This document shows, one piece after another, positions 49,188 through 60,170 of a DNA stretch of 64,000 bases. The stretch is from the NCBI GenBank assembly GCA_029261055.1, contig JAJDCA010000068.1:5275-69274 (forward strand), in the 5' to 3' direction. Source of the DNA: Candidatus Omnitrophota bacterium (GTDB lineage: Bacteria; Omnitrophota; Gorgyraeia; Zapsychrales; Zapsychraceae). The notes below the pieces were generated by a model, which saw nothing but the letters and a program-made list of their open reading frames with translations, did not search any database and had not been told where the DNA came from. The first letter of the stretch is position 1. Each line of letters begins with the position of its first letter. A program made the translations under genes and the position numbers.

Positions 49188-50591
49188 TTAAGCTGTTTTT
49201 CCTGCAGGGTTCATGAGTATCCAATGATAGAATCGGCGCATTAAAAACTGAAAATGCCTAAAAGATTTAATCGCCATTATATTAATAAAGAATACCTTAG
49301 GATTAAAATAAAAAGACAGAAAAGCCTTTCGTTTCAACGACAACAATTCTTTCCGTGAAATCCCCTGCGGAGTGTACGGGGCTGTCATAAACAAAAAATT
49401 ATTCCAGTCTACTTTTTCAATTTCTCCCGAAGCCACTAACTCATTATAACTCTCCGTCCCTGGAAGCGGCAGATAGGTAAAGAAATTGGCTCGAATCACT
49501 CCTAATTCTTTGGAAAGTCGGATCGTTGCGTTCATTTCTTCTCGAGTTTCTCCGGGATATCCCAAAATAAAAAAAGCGGCAACCGAGAACCCATGTTTTT
49601 TTATAAGAGCTACATTCTGACGCATTTTTTCTACTGTTGTCGCTTTTTTCATTTTCTTTAAAATACGGTCAGAGCCAGACTCAATGGCGACCGTCACAAG
49701 ATACTGACCAGCCTCCTTCATCAACTCTAATATCTCATCATCCAAACGGTCCATACGAATACCATTAGGCGTAGCCAAACTAATATCTAACTTAAGATCA
49801 ATAATCCCTCGCAAGACCGATTTACAATAATCCATATCAAATGTAAAATTATCATCAACAATATGAAACTCGCGCACCCCTCGTTCATAAAGCATAGTAA
49901 TATGTTTTTGAATATATTCTACACTGTGATGCCGTAGCTGCTTTCCCGACATTCTCGGAGCTGAACAAAATTTACATGAATAAGGACAACCCCGCGTTGT
50001 CATAATCGGAGCAATAGGAAATTTCTCATAAAAAGCACCATGCTGCGATTCAGGATACGTTTCCGGTGGCATCAAATCCCATGCAGGAAACCCCAAGGCA
50101 TCCAAATCCTGAACAAAGGCTGGAGGGTTTTGCACAATCTTCCCCTCTTGGTTTTTCCATATGAGCCCTTCAATGCCATCAAAAACTTTTTCTTTGCTCT
50201 CCAATGCCGATAAAAACTTTGGAAACCCAATCTCGCTTTCACTATTAAAAGCATAATCTACATAAGGATGAAACTGTTCAAAAGATTCGGAAGGAATGGA
50301 AGAAATGTGCGCGCCACCAACGACTGTTATTTTCTCAGGAAAAGCTTCTTTAATAATCTTTAACATCCTGAAAACTTTAGGCGTGTCAAAAGTATAACAT
50401 TGCACCCCAATCAAATCAGGATCGTGCTTAGCAACAACATCCTTCATCTCTTCATTAGACGTATTTTCTTTAATACAATCATAGATAACAACATCATGAT
50501 CTTTTCTAATCTGTGTCGCCAGATATCCCAAACCTAGGGAGGGCTGGATATGATCTGCTAAATTATTTGGTTTTACGAGAAGTACTTTCAT
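49188..50591 (-). CDS. Cobalamin-binding radical SAM protein
   Basis: PSLGLGYLA, VGGAH, TTRGCPYSCKFC (CxxxCxxC), VDDNF and IESGS; start set at MKVLLV. Confidence 0.9.
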   Translation of the reverse strand: MKVLLVKPNNLADHIQPSLGLGYLATQIRKDHDVVIYDCIKENTSNEEMKDVVAKHDPDLIGVQCYTFDTPKVFRMLKIIKEAFPEKITVVGGAHISSIPSESFEQFHPYVDYAFNSESEIGFPKFLSALESKEKVFDGIEGLIWKNQEGKIVQNPPAFVQDLDALGFPAWDLMPPETYPESQHGAFYEKFPIAPIMTTRGCPYSCKFCSAPRMSGKQLRHHSVEYIQKHITMLYERGVREFHIVDDNFTFDMDYCKSVLRGIIDLKLDISLATPNGIRMDRLDDEILELMKEAGQYLVTVAIESGSDRILKKMKKATTVEKMRQNVALIKKHGFSVAAFFILGYPGETREEMNATIRLSKELGVIRANFFTYLPLPGTESYNELVASGEIEKVDWNNFLFMTAPYTPQGISRKELLSLKRKAFLSFYFNPKVFFINIMAIKSFRHFQFLMRRFYHWILMNPAGKTA

Positions 50592-50593
50592 AT

Positions 50594-51226
50594 TTAATTC
50601 ATCTCCTTTTGTGCTGCAACCCAAATATTCAAAAATACTTCAAAATAGCCTATCCGCATATTTTTACGCGTAAATCCTGCCTTTTCATAAAGACGAGTAA
50701 TTTTACAAGGGGTATAGGCATCTTTATGTTCGGCAAACTCAACAGGACTGACCAAACGAAACTTAGCCATAACCCTAAGGAGCGCATCTGTCCATGCGGC
50801 AGGCGTTGTCATAATAAAGGTTCCCGAAGGTTTTAAAATTCGACGAATTTCTTCCAGTTGTTTAATTAACATTTCTGGTTCAATGTGCTCAAAAACAGCC
50901 AACATTGTAACCACATCAAAATAATTATCTTCGAATGGCATTTCCACATCTTTTTCCAAATTATATCTTTTAAAAAAAATATTTTCTTTTTCCCAGCGTT
51001 GATGAGAATCATTTTCTACAACCTGATCTAATCCATATTTTTTATCAAATGGTGTATTTAACAAAAAAAGAGGATATGTCCCGCAACCGATATCCAGAAT
51101 TTTTCCTTTTCTTAATTCAGGTTTGATTAAACTATTTGCCTTTTTACACCTGAGTTGCGATAAAAGCTTGTCTAAAAACCCCGTGTCTCTTAAAATTTCT
51201 ATTTTTTCTTCTTTAGTTGTCATCAT
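50594..51226 (-). CDS. Class I SAM-dependent methyltransferase
   Basis: ILDIGCG, FDVVTMLAVFEH and RILKPSG. Confidence 0.88.
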   Translation of the reverse strand: MMTTKEEKIEILRDTGFLDKLLSQLRCKKANSLIKPELRKGKILDIGCGTYPLFLLNTPFDKKYGLDQVVENDSHQRWEKENIFFKRYNLEKDVEMPFEDNYFDVVTMLAVFEHIEPEMLIKQLEEIRRILKPSGTFIMTTPAAWTDALLRVMAKFRLVSPVEFAEHKDAYTPCKITRLYEKAGFTRKNMRIGYFEVFLNIWVAAQKEMN

Positions 51227-51942
51227 TTTTTAACAGAGTCATCAACGACCCAAAATTTTAATATCGTTAAAATAGCCTTAACACCATCCACCCAATTAAT
51301 TTTCTTTCCTTCAGCGTACGTCCTTCCAGAATAACTAATCCCTACTTCAAAAATTCGACACTCTCTCTTAGCAATCTTTGCCGTTATTTCTGGTTCGAAA
51401 CCAAACCTTTTCGACCGAATAGGAATAGATTTGATAAGGTCGGCCCGAAAGGCTTTATAACATGTTTCCATATCTGTAAAATTTAAATTCGTGAGCATAT
51501 TACTCAACAGAGTAAGAAATTTATTTCCTAAAGAATGCCAATAAAAAAGGACACGTTTTTTCTGTGAACCAATAAAACGCGATCCATAAACACAATCTGC
51601 TTCATTCTTAATAATAGGCTCTAAAATCAATTCATATTCAGCTGGATCATACTCCAAATCTCCGTCCTGAATAATACACAAATCCCCTGTCATATGACTA
51701 ATAGCTTTTTGAAGCGCCGCCCCTTTGCCTGAATTGGTTGATTGATAATAAGGAAAAATTATATCCGGAAACTCTCCTCTTAACTTCTCAATAACTTTTT
51801 TTGTTCCATCCGTTGAACCGTCATCCACCATAACAAGTTCCATAGCTGAAATTCCTGGAATTTTTTGCTTAATCACACGGCCCACAATCTTGTTCAACCA
51901 TTTTTCTTCGTTGTATACAGGCATCAAAACACTAAGTTTCAT
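51223..51942 (-). CDS. GT2 family glycosyltransferase
   Basis: PVYNE, VDDGSTDGT, QDGDLEYDP, DMETCYK and FGFEPEIT. Confidence 0.9.
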   Translation of the reverse strand: MKLSVLMPVYNEEKWLNKIVGRVIKQKIPGISAMELVMVDDGSTDGTKKVIEKLRGEFPDIIFPYYQSTNSGKGAALQKAISHMTGDLCIIQDGDLEYDPAEYELILEPIIKNEADCVYGSRFIGSQKKRVLFYWHSLGNKFLTLLSNMLTNLNFTDMETCYKAFRADLIKSIPIRSKRFGFEPEITAKIAKRECRIFEVGISYSGRTYAEGKKINWVDGVKAILTILKFWVVDDSVKK

Positions 51943-51954
51943 TTTTCATTGACC

Positions 51955-53655
51955 TTAATAAGCAATAATAAACGGTAATGATTCTCTATTAACATTGACG
52001 GGAAATTGAGCAAATGTAACGTCTCCAAATGGAAGGTCAATGGAATCTTGTCTCTTTTGCTGAATATATTCTTTACTTTGAACAAAAAGATTTAAATCTT
52101 TTTTACGCAATATTTTCTCTTTTGATATACCAAAATCTGTTTTGTGTGCCCGATAAATCGATAAAGTATTCAACATTAACGAAAAAACGAGAGCCCCCAT
52201 TAATATTTTTGAAGGCTTATCAAGAATTCCTGCAATTAAAACAAACATCAAAGCAACAGGAATGTAAAGAAATCTTGTTTGATGTGATCCTGCCCACCAA
52301 GTAAGCCAATAGATCATAATAAAAAATGCTAAAATCGTAAACTGTTTTTTTGTAAATGAAATTATGGAATAATAAATAAACAAACCTAAAAAAAGGAGAT
52401 ATGGCAACCCTAACGGATAATCATATTTATTATTTACTCCTTTTTCTGGTATAGCAATAATCCATAAATGTTTTAGGAAATCTGAAAAAGAGCGACCATA
52501 TCCATAAAGATCTTTTTTATCTATGTAAGAATCTGCCGAATCAACAATTGATTGCCACTTCCTTGTCCCGTTATCAATATTTTTACTTACCTTGATTAAA
52601 CCAGTGCCAAATGGAAAAACCGGCGCCCCTGTATAATACAACGATTTAAATACAAAAGGGCCGCCAATGAGAGCGCTTAATAAAATAAACCTTAAGCATA
52701 ATTTAAAAAAATTTGGTTTTAGAAAAGAAACTTGCGCATTTTGTCTATCACTAATATTAAAACCCCATTGAATATCTCTGAACCCTATTTTCTTGAATAT
52801 CCAAAACAAAATAAACAAAGCTAGCATAAGTAACACCATTTGAAATGGAATAAATGATTTTGACCAAAATAGAAATGCAAATTCCGTAAGGCTCAAAAAA
52901 ATAGATCCTCTTAAAAAACTATCCAAAGCAGCAAGAAACAAATAACACATAACAATATCTAACATTGCCGTTCCCATTTGAATCCCAAAACCATGCGACC
53001 CCATAATGGCAAAAACAACAAGACTGGTACTCATTAATTTATTATGACTGAATCTTCCTGCCAGCCTTGCGGCTACAAGAATCTCCCCAACTAAGAAAAT
53101 AAACTGGGGTGATTTATTAGGAAGTTGCGTCACAAACCAATAGGGCGCAAGAGAAAAATTTAGTGGCAAAGGAAACAAATCTGCTGAAGACCATGGGATA
53201 TGCGCAAATGAATTTAAAATCAAATGCTGACGAGGAATCGTGTAATGATAATTTAATACATCATATTCTTGCATCAAATGGGGGGGATGGAGTGACGCAA
53301 AAAAAGCACACGTTAATATCAAAAAAACAAAACTACAGCCAAGAATGAAATAGATTCTTGTTGTTAAAGTAGAATCTAAAAACTCAGACTTCAACTCTTT
53401 GATCGTTAAAAAAAAATTCTCTTTATTTAAAAAAATAAGCACGACCGAAAAAAGAAAAAACAAAACAGAAGCTAACGGTGAGGTCATGCCGTTTTTTGTG
53501 TCAAAAAAAAATAATTCGATCCAATAAATACCATACCCAATTACTAACATGAATGTTGGTAAATGGGTCCATTCTAAACTTAACGTTTTAAAAATACGAT
53601 TGCTCTGCATACAATATAGCCTATGACGACAATAAGATAATACGCATCCCCCCAT
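51955..53655 (-). CDS. Multi-pass membrane protein, GT-C-like
   Basis: Many TM segments; D-V-L-N-Y-H, TGAPVFPF and QTRF motifs resemble GT-C membrane proteins; start uncertain. Confidence 0.55.
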   Translation of the reverse strand: MGGCVLSYCRHRLYCMQSNRIFKTLSLEWTHLPTFMLVIGYGIYWIELFFFDTKNGMTSPLASVLFFLFSVVLIFLNKENFFLTIKELKSEFLDSTLTTRIYFILGCSFVFLILTCAFFASLHPPHLMQEYDVLNYHYTIPRQHLILNSFAHIPWSSADLFPLPLNFSLAPYWFVTQLPNKSPQFIFLVGEILVAARLAGRFSHNKLMSTSLVVFAIMGSHGFGIQMGTAMLDIVMCYLFLAALDSFLRGSIFLSLTEFAFLFWSKSFIPFQMVLLMLALFILFWIFKKIGFRDIQWGFNISDRQNAQVSFLKPNFFKLCLRFILLSALIGGPFVFKSLYYTGAPVFPFGTGLIKVSKNIDNGTRKWQSIVDSADSYIDKKDLYGYGRSFSDFLKHLWIIAIPEKGVNNKYDYPLGLPYLLFLGLFIYYSIISFTKKQFTILAFFIMIYWLTWWAGSHQTRFLYIPVALMFVLIAGILDKPSKILMGALVFSLMLNTLSIYRAHKTDFGISKEKILRKKDLNLFVQSKEYIQQKRQDSIDLPFGDVTFAQFPVNVNRESLPFIIAY

Positions 53656-53731
53656 GGGACCCTGCTTAATTTAAACTTCCTTGTATCCCGTGACTTTTGT
53701 TCCATTTTTCTACTTTAATAGTGGGATTACC

Positions 53732-54853
53732 TCATTGCAATTCAAATTGTGCAATTTGCTCAAAAGAATGTATCATCCTGTGGCCATATGCAGATGGGGT
53801 AAATATTTTGAGAAACCGTTCCCGGTTTTCCCCCCCCATTTTCTTCCGTAATGTTTCATCATGAGACAATGTCAAAATTTTATCAGCCAATTGCGTTTCA
53901 TCACCTTTTGGAAATAAAATTCCGCCTTTGCCATCTTCGATAATTTCCGGAATTGTCCCCTCAATGGAAGCTACAATCGGAAGGCTTTCCGCCATCGCAT
54001 GCAAAAGGACCAGCCCAAAAACATCCCGATGCGTCGGAAAAATAAAAATATCGGCATTCCTCATAAGTTCCGTTCTTTTTTCATCACTTTCCACATACCC
54101 CAAAAATTTTACATACGGCTTCAAATTATTACTCTCAACGAATTCTTCGATTTCCGCTTTGAGTTCATTTGATTCAAACGGCCCTCCAAATATAAATCGA
54201 ATATTAGCATTTTTCTGAATAACTTTTGGAATCGCGTGTATCGCGGTTAAGACACCCTTTGTCCGACTAAGAAATGAAAAATAAAGTACTTCAACACAAC
54301 CATTTTTTTTCTCTTCCCTCTTTCCTTTATCATAAAAATCTGTCACACATCCTGGAACAGCCACTAATGTCGAAGAATCCATAAACCCTTCATATTTACC
54401 CTTCGTCCCCTCCCCCAAAACAATACTTGCTGTGGCCATCTCACAAAACTTCCTCACTAACCATTTATAAAAATTACTACTACTATCATACAACTCTCTC
54501 ACATACTGCCCCATATCATGAATAACAATACGACACCCTAATACCTTTCCAATTCCACAAAAAATAAAATCCTTCAAAAAAGGCATTTTATCAAAGCTCA
54601 TATTATAAAGAACATATTGTGGGCGCTTAGAAAGGATTAAATAAATATACTGAAAAAGATAACGAACCATTTTAAATATCTTTCTAAACGTTACTTTTTT
54701 ATGTGTGTCGTACGACCAAAAGTGCATATTTAAAAAGGTTATCTGAAAATGATCGACAAATTTTGACTCCATAAGCATTTTATACATCATGCTATGGCCA
54801 AAATAAGGAGGGGGCAGGGTTCCGCAAATAAGAATACGTGTTTTATTCTTCAT
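53732..54853 (-). CDS. GT4 family glycosyltransferase
   Basis: ADIFIFPT...FGLVLLHAMAESLPIVAS...IPEII. Confidence 0.88.
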   Translation of the reverse strand: MKNKTRILICGTLPPPYFGHSMMYKMLMESKFVDHFQITFLNMHFWSYDTHKKVTFRKIFKMVRYLFQYIYLILSKRPQYVLYNMSFDKMPFLKDFIFCGIGKVLGCRIVIHDMGQYVRELYDSSSNFYKWLVRKFCEMATASIVLGEGTKGKYEGFMDSSTLVAVPGCVTDFYDKGKREEKKNGCVEVLYFSFLSRTKGVLTAIHAIPKVIQKNANIRFIFGGPFESNELKAEIEEFVESNNLKPYVKFLGYVESDEKRTELMRNADIFIFPTHRDVFGLVLLHAMAESLPIVASIEGTIPEIIEDGKGGILFPKGDETQLADKILTLSHDETLRKKMGGENRERFLKIFTPSAYGHRMIHSFEQIAQFELQ

Positions 54854-55074
54854 GAAAAAGATCTCACATGATCATAAACTGCCCGGCCTTAAACTTTTAA
54901 CTAATAGGCAGAATTTCACCGCCTATGAGCCATACGCAGACTGACAGTTTCCACTGTAAAAAATGTAAAACAATTTATAAAGATTTAAGAACTGCGGATT
55001 TAAATGTATCTATCGAACTAAATACTAGAGGATAGATTTTAAGTCTGTGATCTTTTCCAACACTCAATTCGCTG

Positions 55075-55092
55075 CAGTCGGAATTCCGACTG
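55075..55092. repeat. Perfect 18-bp intergenic palindrome
   Basis: CAGTCGGAATTCCGACTG, extended by CGCT/AGCG flanks. Confidence 0.5.
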
Positions 55093-55152
55093 AGCGTAAG
55101 AGAACCTCGGAAAAGGTCATGAAAGTTTTTAGTATTGCTCTCTTAACTTCTC

Positions 55153-57225
55153 TTAAAACTTTCCATAATACATATGTTCCAAAGAAATAGCATTATCTTT
55201 TTTGCGCTTTAAAAGAGTAAGCCCTGTCAAAAGCCTGTTCGTTGTTCTTACCCAAACCGCATAGTAGGGACTGTCTGTCGGAGCTTTGGTTTCATTAATA
55301 ATATCGCCTAGCCAAAAATTACTTGCGCAATACGGACTGATCGTTCTGCGAGTAGTATAGTTTTTTCCGTCTGCAGTTACGACATCAATTTCAAAATAGC
55401 AGGATCTATCGTAATTCTTACCTGAAGAGAGATATATTATGCTAAACATCGTATCAAATCCATCAGGACCATCTAAGAATACCCCCCTTGAGAAAAGCTT
55501 TACGCTCTGGTGAGGGGTGCTTTTGAATTCTGTTGATCTAGGCAAGGTTTCTTCAAAACAAAAAGGTATGTTTGGTAATCCGCCTGCTCCAGCAGAGGTT
55601 GTCGTAAGATAAGGATTAAGTCTATGACTGAATCCTCCGTCTAGAGCTAAAGAGTAAGGAACATTCTGGCGGCCTTGCGGAATTGCACAAAATATCCCAC
55701 CTGATGAAATCTGAACATTATTATCTTTCAGATAGTTATTTAAATTCAAAATAGGATCCGTTTGATAATCGTATATCTTATCATTTTCATAAATTTTAAT
55801 TCCCTTATTATCAAAATATTGAAATGTAAATTCTTTGATCGGAAATTCGCTCTCGCCATGATAACCGAGAATAGAGTCTATTTTTTCATACTCTGGAAAT
55901 ATAGGATAGTGAAGTTGCCATGGATATATTCCGTATAGATCTAACTTTTCAAGTTCATCTTCTTTGTAAACATGTCCTTCCGCTGAATCCGGCCGATATG
56001 GATTGCCGCTTTTTTCTCCCCTGTAAGACGTTCCCGTTTGATGATAAGTATTCAGCCATGTGTTTTCAGGAATCGATTTTGTTGTATGATATAAATTTGG
56101 TCGATGCATACTTAAGTCTGATTTAATAAATAACCGTACGGCAGATACATTTTTTGATAATACATCGCTAAATAGTTCATTGATGTCCTGCATAACCATG
56201 TGCCCACGCTCAACTTTCTTCATGTCCCGTTCGTTTCTATGCTGCTCTCCATTTTGAAAGTATTCAAGTATTGCTTTTGGTTGTAACGGTTCCCGTTGAT
56301 TGTGGTTGAACATTGCAGCAACCAATCGATGACCTGGCTCATTATCCGGAAGAAATCCTCTAATAAAACAACAATCGGTACCAAATGTACCAAACCCTGA
56401 CTGATGATTACAAGCAATAGATTTGTCTCCCAGATAGTCAATGTAATATTGAAGAAAAGGACGAACTTTGCTTGTAATGCCTTCCGCTTCAAATTCGATT
56501 TCAATATATCCGCAAAAATCACCAAGATTCATTGTGCGAGAATCAATCACATATGTGCCCCCAGCAGGAATAAGAAATTGACCAGAATCAATTTGTCTTC
56601 CTTCAAAAGTTTTTAAACAAAATCGGAAATCAATAGGAAAAGGGTTCTCATATAAGCGGTCAAAATAATTATGTACTTGAATCACGGTTGCGGTGTTACC
56701 AGAAAAGAAATCTGAATAAGAATAATAAGGCGTGGCCTCCGATATAGAAATGCGCGTAACAATCTGATCGCCTTTGTTGTTGTCGTATAATATTTCATTC
56801 AAAGTATATGCAGCAACGTGATTAAAAGAAGCAACCAGCCACCCATCACAATCAGGAACTCCTGATTCGTAAGAAATAGGTTTAACCGTTTGCTTATTAA
56901 ATTTCTTACCAATGCAGCGTAAATCGTAAGAATAATAGCCTAAACATGAAGCTGGTTTAATATCAGGCACCTTTATATCTTTGGTAGTACAATCTACCAA
57001 TACAGCATATTTTTTTACACCAAATCGTTTAAAAATATTTACTAACGTTTCGGTGCTGCGCATCTGTGAGCGTTGATACATCCCGTCTGTAACGGAGGAA
57101 AATTGGGTTAAGATTGCTTTACCGGATTTTCTAATAACCTTATGCCGGGAAAGAAATCCTACCTTTGCGGATTTTTTTAAATTATTTTTACTTTTATCTA
57201 AAAAACTCTGTACATTTGATCCCAT
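55153..57225 (-). CDS. Hypothetical protein, 690 aa
   Basis: Long ORF with GGAGG RBS; no family recognised. Confidence 0.7.
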   Translation of the reverse strand: MGSNVQSFLDKSKNNLKKSAKVGFLSRHKVIRKSGKAILTQFSSVTDGMYQRSQMRSTETLVNIFKRFGVKKYAVLVDCTTKDIKVPDIKPASCLGYYSYDLRCIGKKFNKQTVKPISYESGVPDCDGWLVASFNHVAAYTLNEILYDNNKGDQIVTRISISEATPYYSYSDFFSGNTATVIQVHNYFDRLYENPFPIDFRFCLKTFEGRQIDSGQFLIPAGGTYVIDSRTMNLGDFCGYIEIEFEAEGITSKVRPFLQYYIDYLGDKSIACNHQSGFGTFGTDCCFIRGFLPDNEPGHRLVAAMFNHNQREPLQPKAILEYFQNGEQHRNERDMKKVERGHMVMQDINELFSDVLSKNVSAVRLFIKSDLSMHRPNLYHTTKSIPENTWLNTYHQTGTSYRGEKSGNPYRPDSAEGHVYKEDELEKLDLYGIYPWQLHYPIFPEYEKIDSILGYHGESEFPIKEFTFQYFDNKGIKIYENDKIYDYQTDPILNLNNYLKDNNVQISSGGIFCAIPQGRQNVPYSLALDGGFSHRLNPYLTTTSAGAGGLPNIPFCFEETLPRSTEFKSTPHQSVKLFSRGVFLDGPDGFDTMFSIIYLSSGKNYDRSCYFEIDVVTADGKNYTTRRTISPYCASNFWLGDIINETKAPTDSPYYAVWVRTTNRLLTGLTLLKRKKDNAISLEHMYYGKF

Positions 57226-57275
57226 TTTTAGCCTCCATTTTTCAGATTTGTATTTCTGTTATAGCACCGGTAAAC

Positions 57276-58502
57276 CTATTTAAGGGGCTCAAACCCATGA
57301 TTTTCGCAAGTTGATATAGCGATCCCGTCAATTTCAATTAACCATTCCGGCCTGCATACCGAACCATGAACAATCGTATAAGGAATGTTAATAGATTGTT
57401 GATTTAGAAAAGACCTAACAAGTAAAGAATCCGAAGGATCTCGAAGATAAACATTCATAAAAAACATGTTATCAAGCGACGCCCCGGCAGATTTCAACAG
57501 AGCCTCAATATTTTCAAGGGTTCTTTCTGCTTGGCCGATAACATCTTCCGGATATAAAACGTCTCCCTTTTTATCAATGCTTGCCGTCCCTGAGATATAA
57601 TAATGATTTCTGTCTCCGAATAAAACCTTAGTAGCTCTCTCAAAAGTTACACCGTAGTCACTGGTTGAATTTAAATATTCAAAAGCATTGATATACTCTA
57701 TTTGTTCTTTTTGAATGCCAAAAATTGACAGGGCGTCCATTGAAATGTGGGAATCTTTGAGTAAGGGCCTCCCCTCAATGCCAGTGCTTGCAATATAGTG
57801 TGTATCTTCCGTCATACCTTCTTCGGTGAAAATTTCTTTGCGTTTGCGTACCATTTGATCATAATTTTGATCTATGTCTCGGACATATATCCATGTACGG
57901 ATTGTGTTGCTTTCAAGAGTGGCGTTATTTTTTCTTAATAGGTCCCTCAATGATTTAAATATTTTATTCGTTTGATTAGTCACAGTTTCATTGTCATTAC
58001 TACTTTCAAACGCCTGATTGACTGTCCATAAAAATCCGTATCTATTTTGACGAACCAAAACAGCATTTGAATGAGGACCTCCATTAGAAAAAGAAACTTT
58101 CTTTTTTTGTAGGGGATTACCATCAGGCGTACTCATATGATAGGCATGCAAAATTACTTTTGTGCTTAGAAGGGGGGGTTGCTGCACGACTGAAACAGCC
58201 GTGTTTTTATTATCTGTATAAAGAAAACTTTTTGATAAAACATTAGACTGATTTGTAATATCGCTTACAAAAATTCTTCTGAATATGGCTGTGTCTAAAG
58301 ATAAATTTAAACTCTCAAGTGCATGCAAATAAAACCCTTCAATTTCCTTTAATTGCTGTTTAAACGAAAAAAGATTCTTATTTGGTGAGATAACTAGAGA
58401 GGTTTCTTGACATCCTTCCTCCGTCTGAAAAACACAGGCCTTAACACATCCTTCCGAAAATTGAAATGTTTTCATTCCATTCTGTACAACAGCATCAATC
58501 AT
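57276..58502 (-). CDS. Rid/YjgF superfamily protein with tandem domains
   Basis: RTWIYVRDID, HYIASTGIEG, YGVTFER, ISGTASID and VCRPEWLIEID. Confidence 0.75.
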   Translation of the reverse strand: MIDAVVQNGMKTFQFSEGCVKACVFQTEEGCQETSLVISPNKNLFSFKQQLKEIEGFYLHALESLNLSLDTAIFRRIFVSDITNQSNVLSKSFLYTDNKNTAVSVVQQPPLLSTKVILHAYHMSTPDGNPLQKKKVSFSNGGPHSNAVLVRQNRYGFLWTVNQAFESSNDNETVTNQTNKIFKSLRDLLRKNNATLESNTIRTWIYVRDIDQNYDQMVRKRKEIFTEEGMTEDTHYIASTGIEGRPLLKDSHISMDALSIFGIQKEQIEYINAFEYLNSTSDYGVTFERATKVLFGDRNHYYISGTASIDKKGDVLYPEDVIGQAERTLENIEALLKSAGASLDNMFFMNVYLRDPSDSLLVRSFLNQQSINIPYTIVHGSVCRPEWLIEIDGIAISTCENHGFEPLK

Positions 58503-58524
58503 TGAAGATCCCTTTCAATTTATA

Positions 58525-59430
58525 TCACCCGTAACCGACAGGTGTTTCACCTTTTTTATTAATGCCCAACAACCAATGATGATACTCCTTTAATATATTT
58601 TCTACTTTTGTTTTTGATTCCCAAATGAAAAACTTCTTCAATCGTTGAGAAACTACTTCCGAAAAAATAACTGGAGTATGATTCGAAAAATGAATAGTAG
58701 CATTCGATTGTGTTATTTGAATAATTTTTTTTGCTAACTCATCAAGACGAATTGTATTTGTTGAGCAAACGTTAAAAACCCCATCAACACCTCCAAGCTC
58801 TATGCATCTCTTAAATAATTGAATTATATCATTAACGCAAACAAACTGAAGCATTAATTTCTTTGGTGCAAATATATCCAAAGCCTCTCCACTCATAGCC
58901 TGTTTGAACAAAACAGGAATTACAGCTTTCTCCGCCTGACCTGGACCGGAAATATTTACCGAACGAAAAATACACAAATTTTTACCACGAAATTGCGTGC
59001 GACAAATTTTTTCAGCCTCAAGTTTACTTTTCGCGTACTCATCTGAAGGATCTAAAACTGCTTCTTCATCAATGGGCATCCCTGTAGTTTTATAAACTTT
59101 TGAGGTTGATAGAAAAATAAAATTTTTAATTCTTGAAGAATTGATAAGATTTTCTGTCCCTAAAACATTAACTCTTTGATATTGATCCGCCTGTGGTGAA
59201 CCTGCGTGCGTAAAATTATACGCCCCCAAGTGAAAAACATAGTCAAATTCGACATCCAACAAAAAAGGCACTCCTAAATCCTGACAAAAAAAACCCTTCA
59301 CATTTTGAGTTATGGAACCATCCAATGGTTTGATATCCAATGCATATACATGCGCATCAGTTTTAACTAACTCTCTAACCAAAGCCCTACCAATAAATCC
59401 TCCTGCTCCTGTAATAAGTATGTTGCACAT
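58525..59430 (-). CDS. NAD-dependent epimerase/dehydratase
   Basis: TGAGGFIG and YAKSK (YxxxK). Confidence 0.85.
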   Translation of the reverse strand: MCNILITGAGGFIGRALVRELVKTDAHVYALDIKPLDGSITQNVKGFFCQDLGVPFLLDVEFDYVFHLGAYNFTHAGSPQADQYQRVNVLGTENLINSSRIKNFIFLSTSKVYKTTGMPIDEEAVLDPSDEYAKSKLEAEKICRTQFRGKNLCIFRSVNISGPGQAEKAVIPVLFKQAMSGEALDIFAPKKLMLQFVCVNDIIQLFKRCIELGGVDGVFNVCSTNTIRLDELAKKIIQITQSNATIHFSNHTPVIFSEVVSQRLKKFFIWESKTKVENILKEYHHWLLGINKKGETPVGYG

Positions 59431-60170
59431 TATGTTTTCTTTTTTTGTTTATCTTCCATTTTCTTTATCAATACTGTAGCATTATAAAGTGATTCGAAAG
59501 AGCCTGCGTCAGTCCAATGAGATTTAAGCATGGAGTAGGATAGCTGCTGCAGCTTAACATAATGAGCAAGAATATCTGTTACTTCATATTCCCCGCGAGG
59601 ACTTTTTTTTAATTTTCTTAAAAAAGCAAACACCTCAGGTAAAAACATCCATAGCCCCGTATTCACATAATGAGAAGAAGGATTCTTTGGTTTCTCTACA
59701 ATATTAATAATTTTCTTATCTTTAAATTTGACCACACCATAATTCTGGGGATCCTTAACTTTCGCAACAAGAATTTTAGCTTTAAATAAATTTTTTTCCT
59801 TTCGAAACTCCTTCACAAATTTCCCTACATCTTCACTCACCACATTATCCCCTAAAATAACCATAAATTCCTCGTCCTGCACAAAATTTTCAGCCAAAAG
59901 AAGAGCCGCCCCTGTTCCCGTATTCCCTTCCTGAATCTCATAACTAAACCGAGCGCCCCATTCCTTTCCAGAACCGAGCAAACGAAAAAAATCTCCGACA
60001 AATTCCCCTCCGGTCACAATCAAAATATCTTTGATCCCCGCCTTAATAAGCGTTTCCAACGGATAATAAATCATCGGCTTCTTATAAACCGGCAAAAGAT
60101 GTTTATTGGTAACTTTCGTTAATGGACGTAATCGTTGTGCTGTTCCTCCGGCAAGCAAAACCCCTCTCAT
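59430..60170 (-). CDS. rmlA: Glucose-1-phosphate thymidylyltransferase (short form)
   Basis: LAGGTAQRLRPLT...NKHLLPVY, LGDN and RGEYEVTD; start set at MRGVLL, overlapping the rmlB stop. Confidence 0.85.
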   Translation of the reverse strand: MRGVLLAGGTAQRLRPLTKVTNKHLLPVYKKPMIYYPLETLIKAGIKDILIVTGGEFVGDFFRLLGSGKEWGARFSYEIQEGNTGTGAALLLAENFVQDEEFMVILGDNVVSEDVGKFVKEFRKEKNLFKAKILVAKVKDPQNYGVVKFKDKKIINIVEKPKNPSSHYVNTGLWMFLPEVFAFLRKLKKSPRGEYEVTDILAHYVKLQQLSYSMLKSHWTDAGSFESLYNATVLIKKMEDKQKKKT

